NCBI GenBank assembly: GCA_035318685.1
Contig: DATHEH010000217.1
Coordinates: 1 to 43,088 of the forward strand
DNA from: Ferruginibacter sp.
Lineage (GTDB): Bacteria > Bacteroidota > Bacteroidia > Chitinophagales > Chitinophagaceae
Length of the DNA: 43,088 bases
Reading direction: 5' to 3'
Shown here: one piece after another, positions 9,522-18,903 of the stretch
Layout: the number at the start of each line of letters is the position of its first letter
Position numbering within the stretch: position 1 is the first letter of the stretch
The notes under the pieces: generated by a model
What the model was told of the DNA's origin: nothing
The model's input: the letters and a program-made list of their open reading frames with translations, nothing else
Database searches by the model: none
Made by a program: the position numbers and the translations under genes

Positions 9522-10628
9522 ATGGCTGTTTATATTCATCAATTGCCTGGTTGGCCCCGGTTTACCTGGCAGGAAGAGCAGGTAGGCCCCATGCTGGGCG
9601 CAATAAGGCACAGGCAGGGCCGGCTCGTTGGCAGGCTGGAAGGGCTGGGATTTCCCCTCCGGGAAGAAGCAACCTTACAAACCCTTACCCTGGACGTCCT
9701 CAAGTCAAGTGAAATTGAAGGAGAATTGCTCGACCCCGGCCAGGTAAGGTCTTCCATTGCACGCCGGCTGGGGATGGATATTGCCGGGCTGGTTCCGGCA
9801 GACCGGCATGTGGAAGGCATTGTTGAAATGATGCTTGATGCAACACAGCAGTACCATCAACCCCTATCCGCGGAGCGGTTTTTTGGCTGGCACGCAGCTT
9901 TGTTCCCAACCGGCAGAAGCGGTATGCATAAAATTGTGGTGGGTGCCTGGAGAGATAATAAAAAGGACAACCCGATGCAGGTGGTATCCGGCGCCATGGG
10001 AAAGGAAAGGGTTCATTACGAGGCACCCGATGCGGATCGCCTTAATGCAGAGATGGCTCATTTTATGACCTGGTTCAATGAAGACAAGACGATGGACGCA
10101 GTGTTAAAGGCAGCACTGGCGCATTTATGGTTGCTGACCATTCATCCTTTTGATGATGGCAATGGCCGGATCGCACGGGCCGTTGCGGATATGCAACTGG
10201 CAAGAGCCGACGGATCTCCCCACCGCTTCTATAGTATGAGCGCACAAATAAGGAAAGAAAGAGCAGCGTACTATGATATTTTAGAAAGCACCCAACAGGG
10301 TTCGGCGGATATCAGCCGCTGGCTGCTGTGGTTCCTCCAATGCCTGGACCGGGCCCTTGCCGCTACCGATGAAACGCTGGCAGCCGTATTAAAAAAAGCC
10401 AGGTTTTGGGAAAAGCATACAGCCATCCCATTGAATAGCCGCCAGCTCATGATGCTAAACAAATTACTGGACGGCTTTGAAGGTAAACTCAATAGCTCCA
10501 AATGGGCAAAGATGATGAAGACCTCGCAGGATACCGCCCTGAGAGATATACAAGACCTGTTAATAAAAAAAGTATTGGTAAAGGAAACCGGGGGAGGAAG
10601 AAGTACGGGGTATGTACTGGCGGAATAG
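9522..10628 (+). CDS. Fic family protein (DUF4172-like N-terminus, C-terminal HTH)
   Basis: Canonical 'HPFDDGNGRIAR' motif; 'SSEIEG' inhibitory-type motif; C-terminal 'SQDTALRDIQDL..GGGRSTGY'. Confidence 0.92.
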   Translation: MAVYIHQLPGWPRFTWQEEQVGPMLGAIRHRQGRLVGRLEGLGFPLREEATLQTLTLDVLKSSEIEGELLDPGQVRSSIARRLGMDIAGLVPADRHVEGIVEMMLDATQQYHQPLSAERFFGWHAALFPTGRSGMHKIVVGAWRDNKKDNPMQVVSGAMGKERVHYEAPDADRLNAEMAHFMTWFNEDKTMDAVLKAALAHLWLLTIHPFDDGNGRIARAVADMQLARADGSPHRFYSMSAQIRKERAAYYDILESTQQGSADISRWLLWFLQCLDRALAATDETLAAVLKKARFWEKHTAIPLNSRQLMMLNKLLDGFEGKLNSSKWAKMMKTSQDTALRDIQDLLIKKVLVKETGGGRSTGYVLAE

Positions 10629-10660
10629 AGAGGTTCTCAGGCTCGTCCCTGTTATCCGGC

Positions 10661-10742
10661 GGTCCTGAAGGGAGCATCGGCGGATAGAACTGGTTTGAGT
10701 TCCGCACATGCGAGACTAATCCAGGGCCGCAGGGTCTTGGAT
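10661..10742. repeat. Dispersed intergenic repeat, copy 3, plus hairpin between convergent genes
   Basis: GGTCCTGAAGGGAGCATCGGCGG..AG..CTGGTTTGA matches the 2952 and 3264 copies; ATCCAGGGCC...GGTCTTGGAT hairpin at 10719-10742. Confidence 0.7.
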
Positions 10743-10791
10743 CACCAAATATTAACGAATAATAACCCTCCCTTATTATCACACATCTATA

Positions 10792-13700
10792 TTAATGCTG
10801 CGCACTCCAATCAACATTTTGATTCTTCTTAAAATTCTCCGCCTGCTCAAATATTTCCACATATACTTCATCCCTCTCCACAGGCGGATATCCAAATTCA
10901 TCCAGCAATAAAATCAATCCAACTTTTAAAGCCGACTTAATATCATCTCTCCTGTTCCAATCAGGGAACCTGGCCTGCCCGTCAACCAATTCTTTAACAG
11001 CTCTTGCCAGTTCTATGAGTTTGTCTTCAGGATAAGTAAAATCGTATTTTATGCAGAGTTCTTTAAGAATATCGTAAAATGCTTTTTCTTCAAAGTTGAT
11101 ACCCATGGCATCACCGGCATTAAATTCTCTTTGTACTGCCCAGATCATGTTAGTAAGTTGCTCCGCCATTTCCTCAAACACTTCGCTTCTGAAAATATCA
11201 TTCTTATCCCGGTTGTTATACTCGTTTACAAGTGCCTCCATTTTTTTTGAGAAATTAATACCCTTTACCTTGTTTACTTTTTTAATCTCTCCTATCATTT
11301 TGGATAGCAGGTGCTGCAACATTTTTATCTTAGTATTGGGTAGCTTTATTTTATCAATCTTTGCCAGGTAGTCTTCATCAAAAAGATCCTGGCCGCTCTC
11401 ATTTGTTTCGCCCATTTTAAACAGCTCTTCCACGCCATCGCTTTGTAAAGCATCTTTTATCATTTCCCTTACACGGGCATTCATTTGTGCTGTATCGGGT
11501 GCATTGCCTTTAGTGAGTTTGAATACTATGGAGCGGACAGCCATGTAGAAGTGGGTATAATCTCTTTCTGTTTGTATAAGCTGTTCGCTGCCAGCACATA
11601 TATCATAAGCGACTTTCAGCCGCTGTACAAGGCCCATAAACCGGGTTTCGCTGTCCTTTGTTTGCTGTACAAATTCGGCGGCCATATTCAGCGTGTTTAA
11701 CTGCTGAAGGGTAGTGCCTTTAAAATAGTTAGTACTGTCAAACTTGTGCATCAGCTTTGCCAGAAGGTCTAAATGATTTCTTACAATGATGATAGATTCT
11801 GCAATGTCTTCAAAGTTGTCCCTGTCCCCTTCGCTATATTGTTTCAGTGCAAGGTTCATTTGCTTTTTAATGCCGATATAATCCACCACCAAACCTTTGT
11901 TCTTGCCTTCGTAACGGCGGTTTACCCTTGATATGGTTTGTATCAAATTATGCCGCTGTATCGGTTTGTCTATGTATATCGAATCTAAGAAAGGCACATC
12001 AAAACCGGTAAGCCACATATCTACCACAATGGCAATCTTAAAGTTTGATTTTTCATTTTTAAATTGCCTGTCCCATTCTTTTCGGTTGTCCTTGCTGCCC
12101 AGCAGGTCGTACAATTCTTTGGTATCATCCTGACCACGGGTCATGATCATTTTTATGCGCTCAATCGGTTTCAGTTCACGCATGTCTTTTTCGGTAAACA
12201 CCGCTCCTTCTTCTGCCGCTCTTATTTCATTCCATTCTGGTTTAAGGGCAATAATATTTTTATAGAGTTCATAAGCAATTTCCCGGTTGGCGCATACAAA
12301 CATGGCTTTGCCTTTTACGGTAGCGCCTTCCAGCACCCGGCTTTCATAATGCTTTACAAAATCTTCCGCCACCGCTTTCAGGCGGTCAGGGTCGCCCAAT
12401 ATGGCGTACATACTGGTTACTTCTTTTTTACTTTGATCTACCTGGTATTCGTTGGCACCGGCTTTGGCAGCTTCCTCGTAATATTCTTCTATCTTTTTAA
12501 GCTCACCGCTTTTTAAAGCTACTTTGGCGGCCCGGCCTTCATACACAATGCGTACGGTAATTTCATCTTTTACCGATTCCGTCATGGTGTAGGCATCTAC
12601 TACTTTTCCAAACACATCCAATGTGGCATCTATGGGTGTGCCGGTAAAGCCAACAAAGGTTGCATTAGGTAAAGATTGATGCAGGTAATGCGCAAAGCCA
12701 AATGTTTTGGTTACTCCTTTCTCCGTTACTTTTATTTTCTGGTCAAGATTTACCTGGCTGCGGTGTGCCTCATCCGAAATACAAATTACATTGCTGCGGC
12801 TGGTAAGCAATTCGGTATCTTCGGTAAACTTGTGTATAGTAGTTAAAAATACACCCCCGCTTTGCCTGCCCTGTATCAGTTCACGTAAATTGGCCCGGCT
12901 CTCTACACTCACCACAGTATTATCGCCAATAAAGTTTTTGGCATTGGTAAACTGGCCGCTAAGCTGGTCATCCAGATCAGTTCTATCAGTAATTAAAACA
13001 ATGGTAGGACTTTCAAAATACTCACTCTTCATCAGCAACCGGGTAAGGTAAAGCATGGTAAAACTTTTACCACAACCCGTAGCGCCAAAATAAGTGCCTC
13101 CCTTTCCATCACCGCCGGGCTTTTGGGCTTTCATTATGTTATTGAACAAGGCACGGGCCGCATAGTATTGAGGGTAACGGCAAACCACTTTTTCATTTTT
13201 CTTGCTGCTGTCGGGAATATAAATAAAGTTGCGGATAATATCCCGCAGGCGGTTGTGCTCGAACATGCCTTGTATAAGGGTGTACATGCTATCAATGCCA
13301 TCCACATCCTTAGCCAAGCCCGCCACCCTGCGCCAGGCATAGTAAAACTCGTAAGATGCAAAAAAGGAACCCGCTTTATTGTTTACCCCATCGCTTATAA
13401 CACAAAAAGCATTGTACTTAAACAGTTCCGGTATATCCCGTTGGTAGCGTACTGTTAACTGCTTAAATGCATCATGTATGGTAGCTTCTTCCCTGATTGC
13501 TGATTTAAATTCCAATACAACCAGCGGCAGGCCATTTATATAAACAATACCATCAGGTACCCGTTTTTCGGTACCGAGTATTTCAAGCTGTGTTACAAAC
13601 TTGTAGATGTTGTTATCAATTTCAGCCTGGTCTTCTGCGGCAAGGTTAATGAGTTGTTCTGCCGGAGGCCTTCGCTGTTTTTGTAATCCTTTATAATCAA

Positions 13701-14019
13701 TCAGCTCAATGTAAATATCTTTTTTATTCCTGTCTTCTCTTTTTAAAATAAAACCATCAGCCAGCATTTTCATTATGGTTTTATTCGTTTCGTACAGGTC
13801 GCTGGCAGGCAGGGATTTTAGTTGCAGAATAATAGATTTAACTTCTGTTATTGTTATGCCTTCTGCATAATATTGGTTTAGCAAATAGTTTTGCAGATCT
13901 GCTTCAATCAGTACTTCATCTGCCGAACGGGAAATAGTAATACCCAACTGGTGGGGAAAGTTTTCGTTTCCCAACAATTCGGTAAAAGCCTTTTCTAATT
14001 TTGCTTCGGTGAATTTCAT
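10792..14019 (-). CDS. hsdR: Type I restriction enzyme R subunit
   Basis: Nuclease 'PDG...LEFK'; Walker A 'ATGCGKS'; 'DEAH'; 'FTGTP'; 'TGFD'; 'QTISRVNR'. Confidence 0.96.
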   Translation of the reverse strand: MKFTEAKLEKAFTELLGNENFPHQLGITISRSADEVLIEADLQNYLLNQYYAEGITITEVKSIILQLKSLPASDLYETNKTIMKMLADGFILKREDRNKKDIYIELIDYKGLQKQRRPPAEQLINLAAEDQAEIDNNIYKFVTQLEILGTEKRVPDGIVYINGLPLVVLEFKSAIREEATIHDAFKQLTVRYQRDIPELFKYNAFCVISDGVNNKAGSFFASYEFYYAWRRVAGLAKDVDGIDSMYTLIQGMFEHNRLRDIIRNFIYIPDSSKKNEKVVCRYPQYYAARALFNNIMKAQKPGGDGKGGTYFGATGCGKSFTMLYLTRLLMKSEYFESPTIVLITDRTDLDDQLSGQFTNAKNFIGDNTVVSVESRANLRELIQGRQSGGVFLTTIHKFTEDTELLTSRSNVICISDEAHRSQVNLDQKIKVTEKGVTKTFGFAHYLHQSLPNATFVGFTGTPIDATLDVFGKVVDAYTMTESVKDEITVRIVYEGRAAKVALKSGELKKIEEYYEEAAKAGANEYQVDQSKKEVTSMYAILGDPDRLKAVAEDFVKHYESRVLEGATVKGKAMFVCANREIAYELYKNIIALKPEWNEIRAAEEGAVFTEKDMRELKPIERIKMIMTRGQDDTKELYDLLGSKDNRKEWDRQFKNEKSNFKIAIVVDMWLTGFDVPFLDSIYIDKPIQRHNLIQTISRVNRRYEGKNKGLVVDYIGIKKQMNLALKQYSEGDRDNFEDIAESIIIVRNHLDLLAKLMHKFDSTNYFKGTTLQQLNTLNMAAEFVQQTKDSETRFMGLVQRLKVAYDICAGSEQLIQTERDYTHFYMAVRSIVFKLTKGNAPDTAQMNARVREMIKDALQSDGVEELFKMGETNESGQDLFDEDYLAKIDKIKLPNTKIKMLQHLLSKMIGEIKKVNKVKGINFSKKMEALVNEYNNRDKNDIFRSEVFEEMAEQLTNMIWAVQREFNAGDAMGINFEEKAFYDILKELCIKYDFTYPEDKLIELARAVKELVDGQARFPDWNRRDDIKSALKVGLILLLDEFGYPPVERDEVYVEIFEQAENFKKNQNVDWSAQH

Positions 14020-14056
14020 TGTTCTGAACTATGATTAATGTTGATTTTATGAAGGA

Positions 14057-14449
14057 CTATGATTTTTTATTTGGTTTCATTACCCGCTTAAACTGCAGGC
14101 TCCTGCTACCAAAGTTTATTAATAATCCAATATCCATCTTGTAAGCTTCCAGATAGTTAATGGCTTGGGCTAAATGAACATCTTCCAATTGAATAATGGC
14201 TTTTAATTCTACCATGATTTTTCCTTCTACAAAAAAATCTACCCTGCGTTCTCCTATTGATTCACCTTTGTAAAAAATTTCCATTTCATGCTCTCTGCTA
14301 AATTCCAATGCTGACTTGCGAAATTCAATCGCTAATGCCCTCTGATAAATAACCTCCTGAAATCCATTGCCTAAAAAGCTATGCACCTCCATTGCACAAC
14401 CGATGATTTTACCGGTTAATTCACTTTCCGGGTATTTGTGATCAATCAT
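14057..14449 (-). CDS. GxxExxY family protein (PD-(D/E)XK-like)
   Basis: 'GFQEVIY' signature; 'VDFFVE..VELK'; 'GLLINFG'. Confidence 0.92.
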   Translation of the reverse strand: MIDHKYPESELTGKIIGCAMEVHSFLGNGFQEVIYQRALAIEFRKSALEFSREHEMEIFYKGESIGERRVDFFVEGKIMVELKAIIQLEDVHLAQAINYLEAYKMDIGLLINFGSRSLQFKRVMKPNKKS

Positions 14450-14571
14450 ATTCTTTATCGCTTTTAACTTTGATTTTAATGATTCATTGGTGGGCTATAA
14501 TTTTCGTGTGTTGCATTTTTTATAATCATAGTCTTCATCCAATCACCTAAAAATCATAGTTCAGACAAATT

Positions 14572-15576
14572 TCATTTCTTCGGTTTCTTCAATTTCTTAA
14601 TATCTTCTTCTATTTCCTTCAAACTCTGCTCTTTTTCTATCCCTTTTTGCGCCTGCTTATATTTTTCAAATTCTTCTCCCGATTTTTCCAGCGCTTTTTC
14701 GTGACTTATCTTTCCTGCATGGGTAAGCAGCTCCCTTCCGTTTAATTGTAAAATGGCATCCAATCGCTGAATCCAATCTGCCATGTACATGGGGGTGCGT
14801 TGCTGCGCCATGGTTTCGGCAAATGCCAAATATTGTTCCACCAACAAACCAAGCAATTTTATTTCATCTTCGTTCAGATAGTTTTTTGCAATGCTTATGT
14901 CAGATTTTTTTATGGAGACTGCATTTTTCTTATCAAGTGACTGCATACCCAGCAAAGGCAAAGCGGCATCTGCCCTTCGGTACACCAGTTCCGCCGCTGT
15001 TTGCCGGCTGATGGCCCAAAGTAATTTATTTTGTACTACTTTAAAAAATGCTGTTGTCTTTTCGTCTTTGGCATCGTAATCAATACTGGTGGTATAAATG
15101 TCTTTTATTTTTTGATAGAAGAAACGTTCCGAAAGCCGTATTTCCCGGATGCGTTCCTGCAGTTCGTTGAAATAATTCATTGAAGTGCCCGACTTAAAAC
15201 GGTCATCATTAAGGGCAAAGCCTTTGATGATATATTCCTTTAAACGCTGCGTTGCCCAAATTCTAAACTGCGTGCCCTGTGGCGATTTTACCCGGTAGCC
15301 AACGGAAATAATTACATCCAGGTTATAATGGTCAATATCCCGTTCCACTTCTCTTGCACCTTCTTTTCGAACTTGTCGGAATTTCCGACAGGTTGGATTT
15401 TGTTCCAGTTCCCCCTCCTCATACACATTGGCCACATGCTCCGCAATGGTACTCCTGCCTTTGCCAAACAACATGGCCATTTGCTCAATGGATAACCAAA
15501 CCGTTTCTTCCTCCAGGCGAACATCTATTTTGATGTTGCCATCGGGGCTTTGGTATATAATTATTTCGTTGTTCAT
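14572..15576 (-). CDS. rhuM: RhuM-family protein
   Basis: 'ETVWLS..QMA.LF'; 'YNLDVIISVGYRVKS..GTQFRIWAT..LKEYIIKGF'; 'IAKNYL'. Confidence 0.9.
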   Translation of the reverse strand: MNNEIIIYQSPDGNIKIDVRLEEETVWLSIEQMAMLFGKGRSTIAEHVANVYEEGELEQNPTCRKFRQVRKEGAREVERDIDHYNLDVIISVGYRVKSPQGTQFRIWATQRLKEYIIKGFALNDDRFKSGTSMNYFNELQERIREIRLSERFFYQKIKDIYTTSIDYDAKDEKTTAFFKVVQNKLLWAISRQTAAELVYRRADAALPLLGMQSLDKKNAVSIKKSDISIAKNYLNEDEIKLLGLLVEQYLAFAETMAQQRTPMYMADWIQRLDAILQLNGRELLTHAGKISHEKALEKSGEEFEKYKQAQKGIEKEQSLKEIEEDIKKLKKPKK

Positions 15577-15590
15577 TTTATTGTATTCTT

Positions 15591-15704
15591 TTAAAACATT
15601 TCATCTGCCGAACGGGAAATAGTAATACCTAACTGGTGAGGAAAGTTTTCGTTTCCCAGCAGTTCGGTAAAAGCCTTTTCTAATTTTGCTTCGGTGAATT
15701 TCAT
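15591..15704 (-). pseudogene. hsdR: Truncated duplicate of the hsdR 5' end (37 aa)
   Basis: 15600-15705 matches 13915-14020 at 102/106 nt; reads MKFTEAKLEKAFTELLGNENFPHQLGITISRSADEMF*. Confidence 0.92.
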
Positions 15705-15705
15705 T

Positions 15706-16692
15706 CTATACTATTTCGGTCATCTTTAAAAGTGTAACCTGATCCATTTTTAATCCTAAATCAAGTAGTTTTTGTTTTTTTATTTCTAATTCCCCTGGGT
15801 TATGATAAGAAACAATCCATTCAACTAAATTTCCTTTTGTTGATGAAATTATTTTTTCAAAATAGTTTTTGTCAACCTCAGCAAGAGAATGTCCAAGAAC
15901 GTAAATCTTATTTATTGATTTCAAAGACTGGAAAAAACCTTCATTATTCTGAATTATTTGATCTGTTGCCTTAAATGACTTTGTAAAATATTGGATTAAT
16001 TCATCTCTGCCTCTTTCAATGGAAAAATCGAAATCATCAGCTTGCCTTTCTCTCCATTGGTCTAATTCTTCAAAGGTTAATCCTTCCGGTGGTTGCTCAT
16101 CTTGCTTTCTAAATTTTTGAGGATTCATTCCATGACCCAAAACTAACATCTCTTCACTTTCCGCACGATTATGTATGTAAAGAATTTGTTTTTGTGGAAT
16201 TTGATAATAATGTTCAAGTGTTTTTGAATAATTAAAATTAAAGAACAAAGCATTTTTATTAATGCTTAGAATATCGACGAGCGACTTGTCAGGAAATTCA
16301 ATGTTTAAGATAAACTCTTTGAATAATTCCAACATTTTTATAGTTAAATCGTCTCTAATTTTAGCTACATAGACTGCTATGGTGTCCCAATCTCCATCAC
16401 TAAAATCATCGCTGCCAGGATTAGCTGCATAATCAGAATGATCACTTAAGATTTGGTCAATATCTAATGTTGCCAGATTCGCTTCAAACTCTGACCACAA
16501 AGGGTCTTTCAAGCTCTCAGCATCATCTTCATCTAACTCAGGAAATCCAAAATATTCAAGAAAATAATCATAAATTTCAGAATGATTATGTTTTAAAAAC
16601 AAACCAAAACTGGAGTACCAAGTATCAAGTTTATGATACAAATCGAATCCATTTCCAATAATATACAGCGTATTTGGTTGAGTTTCTTTCAT
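15706..16692 (-). CDS. AbiH-family (abortive infection) protein
   Basis: 'LYIIGNGFDL' N-terminus; 'FNFNYSKTLE..Y'; 'YIH'; 'IYVLGHSL..VD..YF'. Confidence 0.85.
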   Translation of the reverse strand: MKETQPNTLYIIGNGFDLYHKLDTWYSSFGLFLKHNHSEIYDYFLEYFGFPELDEDDAESLKDPLWSEFEANLATLDIDQILSDHSDYAANPGSDDFSDGDWDTIAVYVAKIRDDLTIKMLELFKEFILNIEFPDKSLVDILSINKNALFFNFNYSKTLEHYYQIPQKQILYIHNRAESEEMLVLGHGMNPQKFRKQDEQPPEGLTFEELDQWRERQADDFDFSIERGRDELIQYFTKSFKATDQIIQNNEGFFQSLKSINKIYVLGHSLAEVDKNYFEKIISSTKGNLVEWIVSYHNPGELEIKKQKLLDLGLKMDQVTLLKMTEIV

Positions 16693-16701
16693 TTTATTTT
16701 T

Positions 16702-17703
16702 TTAAAACAAATCAAGTTGTGTCGGATTTTTTACAATCTTTGGTTTCTTCTTTTTTGGTTTAACTTCTATTCCTTGTGCAGGAGTATCGTTATTAAAATA
16801 CTCGCTAACATCTAGAATATTGTATTCTGTTATTTCTTCGATACCTTCATTATTTATTTTTCGCTTTATCTCCAAAAGGCATTTTATGGATGTGCCATTT
16901 TTAAATTCTACTGCTCCGGTTTGTACCAATGTCTTAAATTCATTCGACTTCATGCTAAATAAAATCGAGGCACCATCATAAATGCCTCTCCATCTGTAAT
17001 TCCCTTTTTTTAGTACTGGAGAAATAATTTCAATAATCGCATCATTAATTTCCTTTGGCTCTAATTCATCTGATACAACTATATATTTATTAAATTCATT
17101 TTTTTCTACAGTGAAATCTCCAATAATATTCTTTTTGTTTTCATCCTGTAGACTAAATGAGATTTTTGTGAGCTTTGGATATTTAGACAGTGTGTCATAG
17201 AAATTTGACCTTCGCTTAATTACCGTGTTATTTTTTTCAAGTTGCTTTTCTTTAATTTCTATGTCCAGATTTATATTTTTTATCTCAGCTTCCTTCTTTT
17301 CATTATCGAGTTCTTTGCCCTTTTTTTCAATTGCTTTATCCTCCTTATCCTCAAAAGCATTTTCAATTAAATGATCTGCAACCTTTGTAATAACTGAACC
17401 AATGGGTGTGACAATCAAAGTTGTTACTATTGAAGTAATTATGGCTGCGGTTATAATCCCGGTTCTATTTTCTGATTTTCTAATGACTCTAAACCACCTT
17501 CTTAAACCACCCTCGCCAATTGGCTCTGTTTCTATAATTATATCTTCTCCAAGTGATGAGGCTATTGCTTTTATTAGATTAAGAAACTCTGCTTCGCACT
17601 TATTTTGTAGCAAAGCATCCATATTATGGCTTTTATCATTAAACCAATAATGTAATTCAATAGCAGTTGCTTTTACAAATAAATTAGGATAATAATAGGC
17701 CAT
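16702..17703 (-). CDS. Hypothetical protein with hydrophobic segment and coiled coil, inside the R-M operon
   Basis: 333-aa ORF, 6 bp from hsdS and 9 bp from the AbiH-family gene. Confidence 0.8.
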   Translation of the reverse strand: MAYYYPNLFVKATAIELHYWFNDKSHNMDALLQNKCEAEFLNLIKAIASSLGEDIIIETEPIGEGGLRRWFRVIRKSENRTGIITAAIITSIVTTLIVTPIGSVITKVADHLIENAFEDKEDKAIEKKGKELDNEKKEAEIKNINLDIEIKEKQLEKNNTVIKRRSNFYDTLSKYPKLTKISFSLQDENKKNIIGDFTVEKNEFNKYIVVSDELEPKEINDAIIEIISPVLKKGNYRWRGIYDGASILFSMKSNEFKTLVQTGAVEFKNGTSIKCLLEIKRKINNEGIEEITEYNILDVSEYFNNDTPAQGIEVKPKKKKPKIVKNPTQLDLF

Positions 17704-17709
17704 AGTTTT

Positions 17710-18903
17710 CTATTTTTCTATTGTTGCAAGTTTGGAAAGAAGTAATTCTGAAAATGATTCTAAAAACTTATTTTCCTTTTTTAACCCTGTTGCCATTGAA
17801 AAACTCTTCGTTGTTAATTTAGTAAAGTTCTTAAGTATCGAATTTTCAGGAATAACAACTGGATATTTTAATATCCAATTCTTTTCCCCTCTTGGCATTT
17901 TTGTTCCTTTACTTCCGGCCATCACATAATCAAAGAAAATATCCTTTTCAAGTATGTAATAAATAAACATTGACGATATATCTTTTTTAGGAGTAAAACA
18001 CAAAACATCATTTGAGCAACCACCTGTAAAGTCAGCCATCCATATTTTCTTGAAGTAAGGTCTAATATTAGAAATTAAGATTTCGCCAATATCAAATTTT
18101 GTAACTGTACTAGCAGAAGGTAGATTTGCAGCTTGATAAATTCCACCTCGATTTTGTTTCATGTTTTCAGTAGAAATATAAGTGTCTAAATTCAACTTAC
18201 TAACTGAAATTCTATTATTAGAATAATTTAAAACATCCTTTAATGTACCTACTTCCCAACCCTTCGGTATTTCTCCCAATTCACTCTCCACCATTTCCCC
18301 ACCGCTACTCTTATAAGGCTTTTCATCTTCATCCGGAAATTCAAAATCAACAAACCAATGCTTATAAATAGCCTGTGCAGTTTCTTCCAGTTTTTGTATC
18401 AGTTGCTTATTCAGGTTAATGCGGTTTATGATAGTATTGTATTCCTTTACTATTTCTTTTTGTTTGGCGGGAGAAGGAACCGGTAAAAGTGTATTGCACA
18501 TTTCATCCCAACCAAAAATTTCTCTGGCGCTGCCGTGGCTCATAAATCTGGCATACCTGTCAAACTCTGGTCTTCTAAACCACATCATCAAATATTCCGG
18601 TAATAACTTTTCGGTGTCTTTTACCTCAAAGGGGGTATAAGCCTGCGACACAAGCATCTTATCAAAATCTTCAGAAAGCGCAATAGCAATTTTATCTCCT
18701 CGCCTAGATGTGTCTGCTATGTAAGTGAACTGATTTTTGGAAACAATTTTGTAAGTAGACATATCTGTTCCTACAAGATTGGCAATTGTTGGGAAGAAAA
18801 CTTTTGAGACACTTAATCCCATTAAAGGCAAATCCTCCAATTTAATATTTCGTTCCTCAACAAGGCTTATATATTTTCCCAAAGGCTTATAATTTGATCT
18901 CAT
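17710..18903 (-). CDS. hsdS: Type I R-M specificity subunit
   Basis: Two TRDs around the conserved 'LEETAQAIYKHWF...ELGEIPKGWEVG' spacer; overlaps the hsdM end. Confidence 0.93.
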   Translation of the reverse strand: MRSNYKPLGKYISLVEERNIKLEDLPLMGLSVSKVFFPTIANLVGTDMSTYKIVSKNQFTYIADTSRRGDKIAIALSEDFDKMLVSQAYTPFEVKDTEKLLPEYLMMWFRRPEFDRYARFMSHGSAREIFGWDEMCNTLLPVPSPAKQKEIVKEYNTIINRINLNKQLIQKLEETAQAIYKHWFVDFEFPDEDEKPYKSSGGEMVESELGEIPKGWEVGTLKDVLNYSNNRISVSKLNLDTYISTENMKQNRGGIYQAANLPSASTVTKFDIGEILISNIRPYFKKIWMADFTGGCSNDVLCFTPKKDISSMFIYYILEKDIFFDYVMAGSKGTKMPRGEKNWILKYPVVIPENSILKNFTKLTTKSFSMATGLKKENKFLESFSELLLSKLATIEK

